This document shows, one piece after another, positions 45,442 through 55,230 of a stretch of 64,000 nt of DNA. Below the pieces are notes generated by a model. That model did not search any database, was not told where the DNA came from, and was given only the letters and a program-made list of their open reading frames with translations. The translations under genes were made by a program, and so were the position numbers. How positions within the stretch are numbered: the stretch's first letter is position 1; the number at the start of each line of letters is the position of its first letter. Origin of the DNA: a virus; the IMG/VR virus record IMGVR_UViG_3300032157_000003; one strand, written 5' to 3'.

Positions 45442-46018
45442 ACAGTACCGTACACCAGCCCTTTCGAGCCCCCCCGTCATACGGTCGGGCCATCCCTGAC
45501 AGCACCATGTCCTCCACCACGTCCTGCCCGTCGATCATCAGACCGCCGAGCAGACGCCCGTACTTCTCCGTTTTCACGTTCACCAGCTCGATGCGCTTGG
45601 CGCTGCGCAACATGACCTCAAGCTGAATCTGCGCCAGCGCCGCCTGCTTCTTCTCCGATTCGCAAAGTCCTTTGCGTTCCGGCGTGTCCATCCCCACGAT
45701 CCGCACGCCCATCTTCTTGCAGAGGAACGGCAGCTTGTCGGCGCACTCCGGCAGGCGGATGAAGAACGTGTCGCCGTCATACACCGACAAAACGTCCCTC
45801 GGGTTGATCAGGTAGTTACCCTTCTCAGGCGGCGTGCTGTAGACCACCGGAGCTGTCGAATCCGCCAGTGCCTCGACCTTCTCCGCCGACAGCACCACCT
45901 TGTCGCTGGAGTGGGCCAACGGTGAGTACCAGCAAAAGGAAGCCCCCACCATCGTGATCAACGCCCCCGCGATGAACCCGTTTCCAAACCAAACTCCCTT
46001 AGTCATGCGGTCCCCCAT
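45440..46018 (-). CDS. thermonuclease (SNase family) with N-terminal membrane anchor
   Basis: VYDGDTF, VRIVGMDTPE, EKYGRLL, YDGGARKGWC. Confidence 0.88.
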   Translation of the reverse strand: MGDRMTKGVWFGNGFIAGALITMVGASFCWYSPLAHSSDKVVLSAEKVEALADSTAPVVYSTPPEKGNYLINPRDVLSVYDGDTFFIRLPECADKLPFLCKKMGVRIVGMDTPERKGLCESEKKQAALAQIQLEVMLRSAKRIELVNVKTEKYGRLLGGLMIDGQDVVEDMVLSGMARPYDGGARKGWCTVL

Positions 46019-46320
46019 TACCTGATCCCTTTCTGTAGTTGTGAAAGGCCATATTCTCTCACTTCTTCCACCATTGTGTACAGGGCATCCGGTCGGATAC
46101 TGAGAACTTGTGCCATCGCGGCGATGGTCCAGAAGATCGCTCGCTGGGTTTCAACCGACTGGATCAGCGGCGCACCGGCAGGAATCGCGGTGGTGCGATA
46201 CACCTCCCACAGTTCCTCGGCGCTGCTGACCCGCTTGAGCTGTTCAACCAGCCGGTCGCGGGCCTTGCGGGTATTTGGGTCCAGCTCAAACGCGGCGTTA
46301 ACCGTGTTCTCAATGCTCAT
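46018..46320 (-). CDS. hypothetical protein
   Basis: Start MSIENTV; RBS GGAG. Confidence 0.6.
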   Translation of the reverse strand: MSIENTVNAAFELDPNTRKARDRLVEQLKRVSSAEELWEVYRTTAIPAGAPLIQSVETQRAIFWTIAAMAQVLSIRPDALYTMVEEVREYGLSQLQKGIR

Positions 46321-46699
46321 TGCACAATCTCCCGTACAGGCCGAGGGTCGCAATCGTCAGGAAGGCGATGCACGCCGCAACCGGAATGTCGAAGTAGAGG
46401 GCGACGACGCCATGCCAAGCGGCGGCGCAGATACTAAGGGTGGTCTCGACGGAACAGAGGGTGAAGTCTTGCCAGGATTCTTGGAACAGCTTCACCGACA
46501 TTCGGATGTACCACGCCAGCAAGGCCCCGGTGTAGAGCCACGCTGCGACTTCTGGGGAACCTTGGTACATGACGATGAGGAATACGGAGGCTGTGATGAG
46601 TGCAACTTGGTGCATCGGGTAGAGGATTTTCACGTGGGCAGCCCTCCCAACCTGACTGACTTCAACATGCGCAGTGAAGTTGTTCGATTTGGCGTTCAT
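46310..46699 (-). CDS. multi-TM membrane protein
   Basis: Three to four hydrophobic segments. Confidence 0.6.
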   Translation of the reverse strand: MNAKSNNFTAHVEVSQVGRAAHVKILYPMHQVALITASVFLIVMYQGSPEVAAWLYTGALLAWYIRMSVKLFQESWQDFTLCSVETTLSICAAAWHGVVALYFDIPVAACIAFLTIATLGLYGRLCNEH

Positions 46700-47100
46700 G
46701 CCTTACTCCCTTGGGCGACGGTCTTGCCGTCATAGATGGCGATGTCATCCGGGCCGAGGATAGAGTTACGAATCAGGGAGACGATGCGCTCTTCAACTTG
46801 CCACGCCATCCCCGAGCGGGTGTTGATCGTTTCATTGGACAGTTTAAACGCTACCCGCCCACTGAGGGTCGCTTTCAGCTTGAACTCGTCCTTTCCTTGC
46901 CCGTCAGCGGAGGTTCCGCGCTGGACCAGACTGGTGCCGCAGAGGATTTCCAGCCACATCCCGAAGGCCCGCCCGCCGCACAAAACCACCGGGTGCTTGG
47001 CCTCAACCTTCATCAGCGCAGCCATCAGCGCCTGCATCGCCTCTTCTTCATTCGACATGCCCGAGCCTTGGCCCGTCGTTGTGGTGTGAATTTGCGCCAT
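46696..47100 (-). CDS. hypothetical protein
   Basis: 134 aa; RBS GGGGAG. Confidence 0.6.
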   Translation of the reverse strand: MAQIHTTTTGQGSGMSNEEEAMQALMAALMKVEAKHPVVLCGGRAFGMWLEILCGTSLVQRGTSADGQGKDEFKLKATLSGRVAFKLSNETINTRSGMAWQVEERIVSLIRNSILGPDDIAIYDGKTVAQGSKA

Positions 47101-47126
47101 TGTGCTGCTCCCCTCAGTTGTGTTGC

Positions 47127-47154
47127 TTGAAAATCAAGGCAATACGGTTATTCT
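47127..47154 (+). promoter_or_regulatory. possible sigma70 promoter in divergent AT-rich intergenic region
   Basis: TTGAAA-N16-TATTCT ahead of the terminase operon. Confidence 0.4.
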
Positions 47155-47204
47155 ATTAGAAGAAATTAATCCAAGCCACGCTCGCTTGCTGACATTACGG
47201 ATAT

Positions 47205-47477
47205 ATGGAGTCACCAGTGGCTGAAGTGCGTAAGCCGATCACTGTCCTCTGGATACGACACGGCAAAGGCCGGTCGATCAAGGTCGAACTGTTTGAGGCG
47301 GCGCAGTTTCCGAGCCTGGAACGCTTCACCGACAAGCGGGGGCAGCCGGTCACACCGAACAACATCGCCAAGTTCTACCGATTGCGGCTGAACGGCGTGT
47401 GGTTTCCCCGAGGACAACGGGCGCTATTCACCCGCAATCAGTGCGTTGCGCTCATCAAGAAGGCAGTTTTCACATGA
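47205..47477 (+). CDS. hypothetical protein
   Basis: 90 aa; ATGA overlap with next gene. Confidence 0.6.
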   Translation: MESPVAEVRKPITVLWIRHGKGRSIKVELFEAAQFPSLERFTDKRGQPVTPNNIAKFYRLRLNGVWFPRGQRALFTRNQCVALIKKAVFT

Positions 47478-47857
47478 TCAGCATGTCCGCTTATATGCAG
47501 AAACGAATCAGCGATGCCAAAGAGCTGAACTATACCCTCTGGCTGCGCATTTGCGGCCTGTGCTGGTGGGCCAGTTTGGCGAAAGGGCGCGGCTTTTTGA
47601 CCAAGGACGGCGAGGTGGTGCAGAACTTGGCCGGCAACGGCGCCCTGCGTGTGCTGCTGGGTGGTTTCATCGCCATGCTGGCCGCGTTGTTCATCATGCT
47701 GCGCGCCCTGATCAACATCGTTTTCCTGCTGATCGGCCTGCCCCTGATCCCCCTGTTCGCGCTGGGTTTTCACATCTGGACCAACCGCAAACTCGCAAAG
47801 TCTTTGCGAGATTTTGAGGCCAAGGTGGCTGCGGCCCGTTCGGGGGTGAAGCCGTGA
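47474..47857 (+). CDS. membrane protein (possible holin)
   Basis: Two TM segments, basic C-terminus; holin role is speculative. Confidence 0.5.
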   Translation: MISMSAYMQKRISDAKELNYTLWLRICGLCWWASLAKGRGFLTKDGEVVQNLAGNGALRVLLGGFIAMLAALFIMLRALINIVFLLIGLPLIPLFALGFHIWTNRKLAKSLRDFEAKVAAARSGVKP

Positions 47858-48387
47858 GTTTCAGCGACTACGATACCCGTCCCGAGGACATGCCCGCCGG
47901 CTCTGCGGCGGCAGCCACGGCGGCGGAGACTGCATCCGTTGCCCAACAGGTGGCGGTCAACGAGTTCATGCGCAAGTGGGTGAAGAACCTGACCCGCGAG
48001 CAGGCCCAGCGCCTGTTCGACGCCATTCCTCACGACCTCCTGACCGAAGAGCAGATCGACGGCGCGGGCAACACCTCCGACTACGGCGCCGACTTCAGTC
48101 TGGCCGACGAGATCGGCTTGCAGATCACCGCCGTAAAGGCGCTGCGCCAGAGCGTGTTCCCCGGTGGTCGCCTCAAGTCCGACGCCACCACCCGTGACGC
48201 CAAAGAGGTGCTGACCACCTGCAACCAGATGATCAAGACGCTGATGGATAGCCACGGCAAGATCATGAACATGGAGCGGTTCCGCGCCGTGGAATCGGCC
48301 ACGCTGGACGTGCTGGCCGACATCGAACCCGAGCTCAAGGAACGCTTTCTGGTGCAGCTTGAGTCCAAACTTTCCGAGGTGAACTGA
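47854..48387 (+). CDS. probable terminase small subunit
   Basis: Helical protein coupled (TGATG) to the large terminase; call rests on position. Confidence 0.55.
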   Translation: MSFSDYDTRPEDMPAGSAAAATAAETASVAQQVAVNEFMRKWVKNLTREQAQRLFDAIPHDLLTEEQIDGAGNTSDYGADFSLADEIGLQITAVKALRQSVFPGGRLKSDATTRDAKEVLTTCNQMIKTLMDSHGKIMNMERFRAVESATLDVLADIEPELKERFLVQLESKLSEVN

Positions 48388-50177
48388 TGCGCCCAGAGCT
48401 TCAGGTGTACCTCGACCGCCTGCGACTGGCGGCGTTTGACGCCCGTGACTTCAGCGGCATTCCGCGCTGGCTGGAAACCCACACCAAAGACCCGGTGCAT
48501 AACGACCGCAAGTGGTCGTTCCGCGAGCACGAGTACCAGCAGGAGATTCTGGCCGACACCACGCCGGAAATTTCCATGCAGAAGTGCTCGCAGGTGGGCG
48601 CCTCGGAAATCTGGGTCCGCATGATGCTGGCGATGATGATCATCTCGAAGAAGATCACCATCATCTACATCCTCCCCAGCAGCGCCATGTCCAAACGATT
48701 CAGCTCTGGCCGTATCCAGCCGGTGATCGACGACTCCCCTACCCTCAAGGGTCAGGTGGACCGCGAGCTGAACAACACCGAACTGAAACGCATCGGGCGT
48801 TCACTTCTGTACATCTCCGGCACCTACGGCCAGTCGGCGGCGATCTCCGTCCCTGCGCAGGCCCTGTTCCGAGACGAAGTGGACTTCTGTAATCCCCGCG
48901 TACTGACCACCTACGACTCCCGTCTGGGCCACAGCAAGGAAGGCGAAGCGCTCAAGCGCTCGTTCTCCACGCCGACCGTCTACAAGTACGGGATCAACCT
49001 GCTCTACGAACAAGGTTCGCAGGCGCAGTACATGGTCAAGCACAGCCGTTGCGGCCAGTGGATCGCCATCGACTACTTCCGCGACGTGGTGATCCCAGGC
49101 TACGAGAACACCCTGCGCGAGCTGGAGCGTGAAGACCTGATCGGCGGCAACGTCAACATCGACGCGGCGTTCTTCCTCTGCCCGCACTGCCGCAACGAGA
49201 TCGTCCACGCCGAGTTCTGCGACCCGGCGAACCGCCAGTGGGTCCACGCCTTCCCTGACCGGCACATGCACCACAGCTACCAAGTGCTGCCCATCGACGT
49301 GCCGACGATCAACCCGCTGGCCCGGACCCTGCGTCAGCTCAAGGACTACGACAACAAAAAGGACTGGGTGAACTTCAAGGTGGGCTTGCCGTTTGAGGAC
49401 GCCCAGTCGTCGTTCCTCGAAGAGGCGATGAACGCGAACGCCACCACCAACTACGTGCCCCGTCCGGGCGACGGCGTGGAAACCCGGCTGGTGAACGGCT
49501 GCCATATGGGTGTCGACGTCGGCAAAACCAGTTGGGTCGTCATCTCCCGCCCGAAAGACGGCGCCGACAACGAGGTGGTCTACGCTGAGCGTGTACGGCA
49601 GGACGGCGACAACTATGCGGGCAAGCGCATCAGCCAACTGTTCACCGTGTTCGGCTGCATCCAAGGCGTGATCGACGCCGGCCCTGACATCTCGCTGGCG
49701 CAGTATCTGGTGCAGAAGCACAAGGGCAAGTTCATGGCGTGCCGCTATGACACCCGCTCCGCCTCCCGCGTGCGAACCCTCGACGTGCTGGTGAGCATCG
49801 ACGAAGAGGAAGGGATCGTCGTGGTGAACCGTACCGGCCTGTTCGACGGGCTGGTACGCAAGGTGAACAAGGGCTCCACCCGTCTGACCAGCCGCTCGAC
49901 AGAATTTGAGCTGATGAAGAACCACCTGAAGTCGCTCAAGCGTATTGAGTTGACCGACAGTGACAGTGGCGAGTACATCGTGAACTGGGTAAACACAGGC
50001 GACGACCACTACGGACACGCCCTCGGGTACGCCGACGTGGCACGCCGCCTGCGAGAAGTACCGAACACCGACGCCGTGACACCCTACATCCCAAGCGTTG
50101 GTGGAGTACGCATGAAGGACCTGGAGCAGGACGAGGAACTATCTCGTTTGATCCTGCCCGCGTATTTTCAGCGGTAA
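48387..50177 (+). CDS. terL: terminase large subunit (lambda GpA-like)
   Basis: MQKCSQVGASE, LFRDEVD, FSTPT, CPHC Zn module, nuclease GVDVG...DDHYGHA. Confidence 0.92.
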   Translation: MRPELQVYLDRLRLAAFDARDFSGIPRWLETHTKDPVHNDRKWSFREHEYQQEILADTTPEISMQKCSQVGASEIWVRMMLAMMIISKKITIIYILPSSAMSKRFSSGRIQPVIDDSPTLKGQVDRELNNTELKRIGRSLLYISGTYGQSAAISVPAQALFRDEVDFCNPRVLTTYDSRLGHSKEGEALKRSFSTPTVYKYGINLLYEQGSQAQYMVKHSRCGQWIAIDYFRDVVIPGYENTLRELEREDLIGGNVNIDAAFFLCPHCRNEIVHAEFCDPANRQWVHAFPDRHMHHSYQVLPIDVPTINPLARTLRQLKDYDNKKDWVNFKVGLPFEDAQSSFLEEAMNANATTNYVPRPGDGVETRLVNGCHMGVDVGKTSWVVISRPKDGADNEVVYAERVRQDGDNYAGKRISQLFTVFGCIQGVIDAGPDISLAQYLVQKHKGKFMACRYDTRSASRVRTLDVLVSIDEEEGIVVVNRTGLFDGLVRKVNKGSTRLTSRSTEFELMKNHLKSLKRIELTDSDSGEYIVNWVNTGDDHYGHALGYADVARRLREVPNTDAVTPYIPSVGGVRMKDLEQDEELSRLILPAYFQR

Positions 50178-50213
50178 TGTATATAATCCGAAGAACTAAG
50201 CAGCGATGCTTCT

Positions 50214-51668
50214 ATGCCAAGGGGACTCTACGTGGCTGGTGAAACTCAAACCGTGGTTCTGCCGAACCGGTTGGTGAACAAAGCGGTCACCGAGACCGTG
50301 GCGGATCGTGCAGGCGCCGGCCAAAACGTACCCCGCGACAGTCGCCAGACTGTCAACGAGTCGATTACCGTCGCTCGACAGTCCAACAACCTCATCACGT
50401 CGTTGCGCTCGCTGTACTCCCGCGACGGCACTTTCTCTACCGCAGTGTTCAACTTTGTCGAGGTGGCCATGAGCGGCCACAGCGTCAAGGCCTACAACAC
50501 CAAGACCTCACAGTTCGACCTACAGGGCAGTCTGCTGGCGGAGCAAATCATCGCCAGCATGGACACCCTGTACGACTACAGTCTGGGCTACGGTGACAAG
50601 GACGGGATGAACCCCCTGCTGGAACGCTGCATCCTTGAGACGCTGCTGACCGGCACCCTTGCCAACGAACTGGTTCTGAACAAGGCCCGCCTGCCTGAGA
50701 AGGTGCTGGTGATCCCGTTTGAAACCATGGAATGGAAGAACGGCAAGGGTAAGCGGTTCCCGATCCAGAACCGTAGCCAAGGCGACCCGGTACAACTGGA
50801 CCTCGCCACCATCTTTGTGACCGAGCTGCACCGGCAGGCCAACCGCGCCTACGCCGATTCCATGCTCGCCGCTGGTGTGAACTCGACCATGCAGTACGCC
50901 GAGTTCATCCAAGAGATGCGCCGCGCCGTCCGCCGTCAGGGCCATGGCCGGATGATTCTGACCATCAGCCTTGAGACGGTGATGGCCGCGCTGCCGGAAG
51001 AGATCAAGGCCGACAACGAGAAGCTGCAACGCGCACTGGACGACATCAAGGACCGCATCGAAAGCGAGCTGGGTGGCCTCAACCCCGAAGACGCGCTGGT
51101 CATGTATGACACGGTGACCACCGACATGCTCAAGGGTGAAGGCGAGAAGTCTGACTACGTGCCGCTGATCGAAACCATGTCCGGCCAGCTCGCCATGTCG
51201 CTGAAGACCCCGCCGTCGATCCTCGGTCTGCGCCTGGAAGGTAGCCAGTCCCTGTCCAACACCGAGTCGCTGATCTTCCTGAAGACCGCCAACTCGGTAC
51301 GTCGTCCTACCGAAGTGAACATGAGCCGCATCCTGACACTGGCTGCGCGCCTGTTCGGGTCGGACGTTTACGTCGATTTCAAGTTCAACCCCATCGACCT
51401 TCGCCCGGAGCTGGAACTGGAGGCGTTCAAGACCATGCGTCAACAACGCATCCTCGAACTGCTTTCCGAAGGCTTCATCACCGATGAAGAGGCCGGCTGG
51501 GAACTGGGCACAGGGGTTCGCGCCCCCGGCGCACCGAAGCTGTCTGGTACAGCCTTTTTGCGCGGCTCCAAGGCGGTTGACGCCAAGGACGCCAGCCCGA
51601 ACGCCGACCCGCAAGGTCGCGCCCTACAGTCCAGCAGCCCGAAAAAGGCCGGAGGAAAGTCGCAATGA
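50214..51668 (+). CDS. portal protein
   Basis: 484 aa between terminase and protease; LSMSLKTP..LG / FNPIDL-type portal features. Confidence 0.8.
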   Translation: MPRGLYVAGETQTVVLPNRLVNKAVTETVADRAGAGQNVPRDSRQTVNESITVARQSNNLITSLRSLYSRDGTFSTAVFNFVEVAMSGHSVKAYNTKTSQFDLQGSLLAEQIIASMDTLYDYSLGYGDKDGMNPLLERCILETLLTGTLANELVLNKARLPEKVLVIPFETMEWKNGKGKRFPIQNRSQGDPVQLDLATIFVTELHRQANRAYADSMLAAGVNSTMQYAEFIQEMRRAVRRQGHGRMILTISLETVMAALPEEIKADNEKLQRALDDIKDRIESELGGLNPEDALVMYDTVTTDMLKGEGEKSDYVPLIETMSGQLAMSLKTPPSILGLRLEGSQSLSNTESLIFLKTANSVRRPTEVNMSRILTLAARLFGSDVYVDFKFNPIDLRPELELEAFKTMRQQRILELLSEGFITDEEAGWELGTGVRAPGAPKLSGTAFLRGSKAVDAKDASPNADPQGRALQSSSPKKAGGKSQ

Positions 51669-53176
51669 GTAAGCGCAAACGCCAGCCCAAGATGCTGGCC
51701 ACCCTGCACACCAGCCCGCAGCTTGCGTGGTTTGGCGATGACGTAAGTTTCGTCGCCTACCGCGAGGCGCTTACCCGCCTGCAAGCCACCGACCCGAGCA
51801 TGTTCCACAACGATGACGACGAAGAGGAAGAAGAGGTCCAGTTCGGCGGCGACTACAAGTACATGCTCCAAGCACACGGCGATGTCGCTGTGTTGCAGGT
51901 GTACGGCTCCTTGGTACCCAAGGAATCGTGGCTGAACCGCTACTTCGGTCTGGTCTCCTACGAGGAAATCCGCAACGCGGCCATCAGCGCCTCAGAAAGC
52001 GGGGCACGGGCCATCCTGCTGGACTTCGATACCGGTGGCGGTGCCGTTTCTGGCATCGGTGAGTTGTCTGACTTCCTCACTGATTTTAGTAATAACGTAG
52101 CGCCTGTTTATAGCTATACTGGCGCTAACATGCTTTCGGCAGGCTACTGGCTGGGCGCCGTTGGCAAGAAAGTCTTCTCCAGTTCGATGGCTCTGTCTGG
52201 CTCGATTGGTGTGATCAGCTCGCACTTCTCCTACGCCCGGATGCTGAAAGAACAGGGGATCGACGTAACGATGTTCCGTAAGGGCGAGTTCAAGGCACTT
52301 GGCTCGCCTTATGAGCAGTTGGACGACAAAGCGAAGGCTGACATTGAGGCGCGCTTGGGGGGCTACTACGATAAGTTCCTCGAACACGTCTCCCAAGGCC
52401 GGGGCATCGCCGTTCCGACACTGATCGAAACCGCCGCAGAAGGCCGAGTCTTCATGGGAGACGATGCCATCAAGGTGGGGCTGGTAGATGTCGTGACCTC
52501 GTTTGACAAGGCGGTCGCCGCCATTCAGAACGAGCTCGGAGATCGAAAGCCAAGGATCGCCGTACCAACCCATTCGACCTTAATGGCAGGAAACGACATG
52601 AAGCGAAAACTGAATGACGCCGGCCTCGCGGCAGTCGCTTCGGGCGTAGATCAAGCAGTAGCCCTGATTGATCCAAAGCTGTCCGAAGAAGTGACCGAAG
52701 AGACTGTAGTTGAGCAGCCCGCAGACGCCGCTCCAGCAGATGAAGCCCCGGAAGGCGAAGACGACGGTGCCAAGGTAGTCGATCAACCGAAGGTCCAGGC
52801 TGAACAGCCGAAGGCCTCCGGCACTGACACTGCCATGATCGACCGCCTTGTCGAGCTGACCACCAAGCTGACCACTGCCGAAGCCGAGCTCGCTGCTCTG
52901 AAAACCGCTGACGCTACCCGTGAAACGCAGTTCAAGGCGCTGATGAAGATCGCCGTGGACAGCGTGAACCGCATGGAAATGCCTCTGGGCCGCACCGCAA
53001 CTGACCTGAAAAACGCTGACGCCGCCACCGTCCTGAGTACCTATCAGCACGTGATTTCGGCATTCAACAGCCAGTTCAAGGTCGGCGGTGTGTCCGAAGT
53101 TCCTGCGGCTGAGAACCTCGGGACTCAGGCTCAGCAACCACTCGCAAACCTCTCGCCGTCTCTGGCGGCTCTGTAA
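51665..53176 (+). CDS. S49 prohead protease fused to scaffold
   Basis: ILLDFDTGGGAVSG, MLSAGYWL, SGSIGV, GRVFMGDDAIKVGLVD. Confidence 0.92.
   Translation: MSKRKRQPKMLATLHTSPQLAWFGDDVSFVAYREALTRLQATDPSMFHNDDDEEEEEVQFGGDYKYMLQAHGDVAVLQVYGSLVPKESWLNRYFGLVSYEEIRNAAISASESGARAILLDFDTGGGAVSGIGELSDFLTDFSNNVAPVYSYTGANMLSAGYWLGAVGKKVFSSSMALSGSIGVISSHFSYARMLKEQGIDVTMFRKGEFKALGSPYEQLDDKAKADIEARLGGYYDKFLEHVSQGRGIAVPTLIETAAEGRVFMGDDAIKVGLVDVVTSFDKAVAAIQNELGDRKPRIAVPTHSTLMAGNDMKRKLNDAGLAAVASGVDQAVALIDPKLSEEVTEETVVEQPADAAPADEAPEGEDDGAKVVDQPKVQAEQPKASGTDTAMIDRLVELTTKLTTAEAELAALKTADATRETQFKALMKIAVDSVNRMEMPLGRTATDLKNADAATVLSTYQHVISAFNSQFKVGGVSEVPAAENLGTQAQQPLANLSPSLAAL
52598..53176 (+). CDS. nested in-frame scaffolding protein
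   Basis: In-frame ATG after CAGGAAAC at the protease/scaffold boundary; analogous to lambda C/Nu3. Confidence 0.55.
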   Translation: MKRKLNDAGLAAVASGVDQAVALIDPKLSEEVTEETVVEQPADAAPADEAPEGEDDGAKVVDQPKVQAEQPKASGTDTAMIDRLVELTTKLTTAEAELAALKTADATRETQFKALMKIAVDSVNRMEMPLGRTATDLKNADAATVLSTYQHVISAFNSQFKVGGVSEVPAAENLGTQAQQPLANLSPSLAAL

Positions 53177-53191
53177 TCTCGGAGAAGACAC

Positions 53192-53671
53192 ATGACTACC
53201 TTTGCTTTTGGCGAGAACGTAACCGAGGCCTTGAAGGACACCATCTCGGCAGCCCTCGGCGCTGCTGCGGCGTCGGGCATCGGCACCAACGATCTGGATA
53301 AGGCCTACAAGATGGGCACCCTCCAGAACTACGTGCCTTGCGCCGATGGTGACCCAATCGAAGGCTTCGTGAACGCGATTGAAGGTTTCACCGTCAACAA
53401 CGGCTTCAGCTTCGGCTCGATCCAGCGCCGTGGCCGCAAGACCGTTCAGAACGGTGCAGGCCAAGCTACTCTGGCTGTTGGCGACACCGTAGTTGCTTTC
53501 ACCCAACTGGCTATCGGCACTGCCGGTCTGGCTCAGGTGAAAAAAGCTACCGCCACTGCGGCCACTGATGACGGTGGTCTCACTCAGTCTGGCCTGTATG
53601 CGTGGAAAGTGATTCGCATCCTGACCGGCACTGGTGTTGCTGGCGACAAAGTACTGATCGAGCGCGTCTAA
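53192..53671 (+). CDS. capsid decoration/cement protein
   Basis: Between protease and capsid genes; CADGDPIEGFV...VGDTVV. Confidence 0.7.
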   Translation: MTTFAFGENVTEALKDTISAALGAAAASGIGTNDLDKAYKMGTLQNYVPCADGDPIEGFVNAIEGFTVNNGFSFGSIQRRGRKTVQNGAGQATLAVGDTVVAFTQLAIGTAGLAQVKKATATAATDDGGLTQSGLYAWKVIRILTGTGVAGDKVLIERV

Positions 53672-53700
53672 GACGCTCATCGACAACCCTTCGGAGAGAT

Positions 53701-54909
53701 ATGATGAGCGAACTCGAAACCAAACTGAAGATTCGTGGCACCAACGGCGAACTGATGGAAGTTCCTTTCCACGTTCGCATGTACGCCGAAGCAGGCGATG
53801 CGGGTGTCACCCTGTCTCAGCTTCTGAACCAGAAGTACGGTGCTTCCACCGACATGGGCAAGTACGGCGACGTACTGAATCAGGCCATGTTGAACGGTGG
53901 CATGCTGACCCGTAACGAAGGTCAGTTCGGCCTGAAGCCGCCAAGCATGAAAGAGATGCTGGATACCGGTATCCAGATGGGCTCCATCACCCGTAGCGAC
54001 GGTTCCGACCGCCACTCGGTTGCTGGCCGCATGCTGTACCCGGAAATCCTGATGCGTGTGATCGAATCGCAACTGCGCGACGATTACTCGGACGTGTTGG
54101 GCACTTGGTCGGGCATGATTGCTCAGACCCAGACCATCACTGGTCCGAAGTTCGACCAGCCAATCATCAACGTGCAACGTCCTCGTGACTACTCGTCGAT
54201 GCCTATCGCCCAGCTCGCTGAGCCGGACGTGATGCTGTCGATCACCACCAGCTCCAAGTCGTACAGCATTCCTACCAAATCCATCGGTATGTTGATCTCC
54301 GATGAGGCTGCTGCACACTCGCCGCTGGACTTGGTGAACCTGGCAATGACTGCTCAGGCTCGTCAGGAACGCATCAACATGGTGTATGCCGACATCTCGG
54401 CCATCGTGAACGGCGACACCGACCGCAACGAAGCCGCCAAGGCGACCTTCACCGCTGACTCCCTGGACCCAGTTGGCATCACTGCTGCTGGCCAGATGAC
54501 TCACGCGGCATGGGTGAAGTACATGCACAAAAACCGTCGCGTAATGCACGTCAACGCAGCTATCTGCGACTTGGCGACCGCAATGGCGATGGAAGCTCGC
54601 TCCGGCAAGCCAACCCGCGACACTGTGTTCGTGAAGCAGGCTGAAGGCTTCAACCAAGGCGTGACCATCGACAACCTGACCGGCGAAGATCCACGTCTGC
54701 TGATCGTCGATGACGGCGTTGTTCCTGCGAACACTTTCGTGGGTATCGACACCCGTTACGCCATGCGTCGTGTGATCAACATCGCGGCTGCCTACAGCGC
54801 GATTGAGCAGTTCGTACTGCGCCGTGCAACCGCGTTCCGTGTGGACTTCGGTGAGACGACTCACAGCTTGTACCCTGAAGCATTCAAGGTGATGACCCTC
54901 ACCGTGTAA
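53701..54909 (+). CDS. major capsid protein
   Basis: 402 aa; position, highly-expressed codon bias, followed by a terminator. Confidence 0.85.
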   Translation: MMSELETKLKIRGTNGELMEVPFHVRMYAEAGDAGVTLSQLLNQKYGASTDMGKYGDVLNQAMLNGGMLTRNEGQFGLKPPSMKEMLDTGIQMGSITRSDGSDRHSVAGRMLYPEILMRVIESQLRDDYSDVLGTWSGMIAQTQTITGPKFDQPIINVQRPRDYSSMPIAQLAEPDVMLSITTSSKSYSIPTKSIGMLISDEAAAHSPLDLVNLAMTAQARQERINMVYADISAIVNGDTDRNEAAKATFTADSLDPVGITAAGQMTHAAWVKYMHKNRRVMHVNAAICDLATAMAMEARSGKPTRDTVFVKQAEGFNQGVTIDNLTGEDPRLLIVDDGVVPANTFVGIDTRYAMRRVINIAAAYSAIEQFVLRRATAFRVDFGETTHSLYPEAFKVMTLTV

Positions 54910-54919
54910 TGATGAAGAC

Positions 54920-54946
54920 GCCGGGGGCTTAGGCCCCCGGCTTTCT
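54920..54946 (+). terminator. intrinsic terminator
   Basis: GCCGGGGGC-TTAG-GCCCCCGGC-TTTCTT. Confidence 0.85.
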
Positions 54947-54978
54947 TCGCAAAGTACTTTGCGAGAGAGAGAACCCAG

Positions 54979-55221
54979 ATGAGCGATATTGAACTCACCC
55001 CGCCGCCAGCCAAGCCAGCGAAAGCCAAGGTCGAAAAGGCCGAAGCCCCAGCTCCTGCGTCGTGGTCCAAATACCTGCGGTCGTCGACAGGCTTTGCCTA
55101 CGCCGATCCAACCACCGGCATCCGCTACGAGCCGCACATCCCTGTGCGTGTCGATGCAGAGCCGAAAGAAGGTTCGTGGCTTGATAGCCAGATGAAAGCC
55201 GGCTACATCATCGAGGCGTAA
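54979..55221 (+). CDS. small head-associated hypothetical protein
   Basis: 80 aa after the capsid gene. Confidence 0.7.
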   Translation: MSDIELTPPPAKPAKAKVEKAEAPAPASWSKYLRSSTGFAYADPTTGIRYEPHIPVRVDAEPKEGSWLDSQMKAGYIIEA

Positions 55222-55230
55222 GGGGCAGGC

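Noticed and set aside
48801-50018. 405-aa minus-strand ORF
   Set aside because: Antisense to terL.
50182-50187. TATAAT before the portal gene as a sigma70 promoter
   Set aside because: No -35 at 16-18 bp and no correctly spaced TG extension; it could still be a late promoter but is unsupported.
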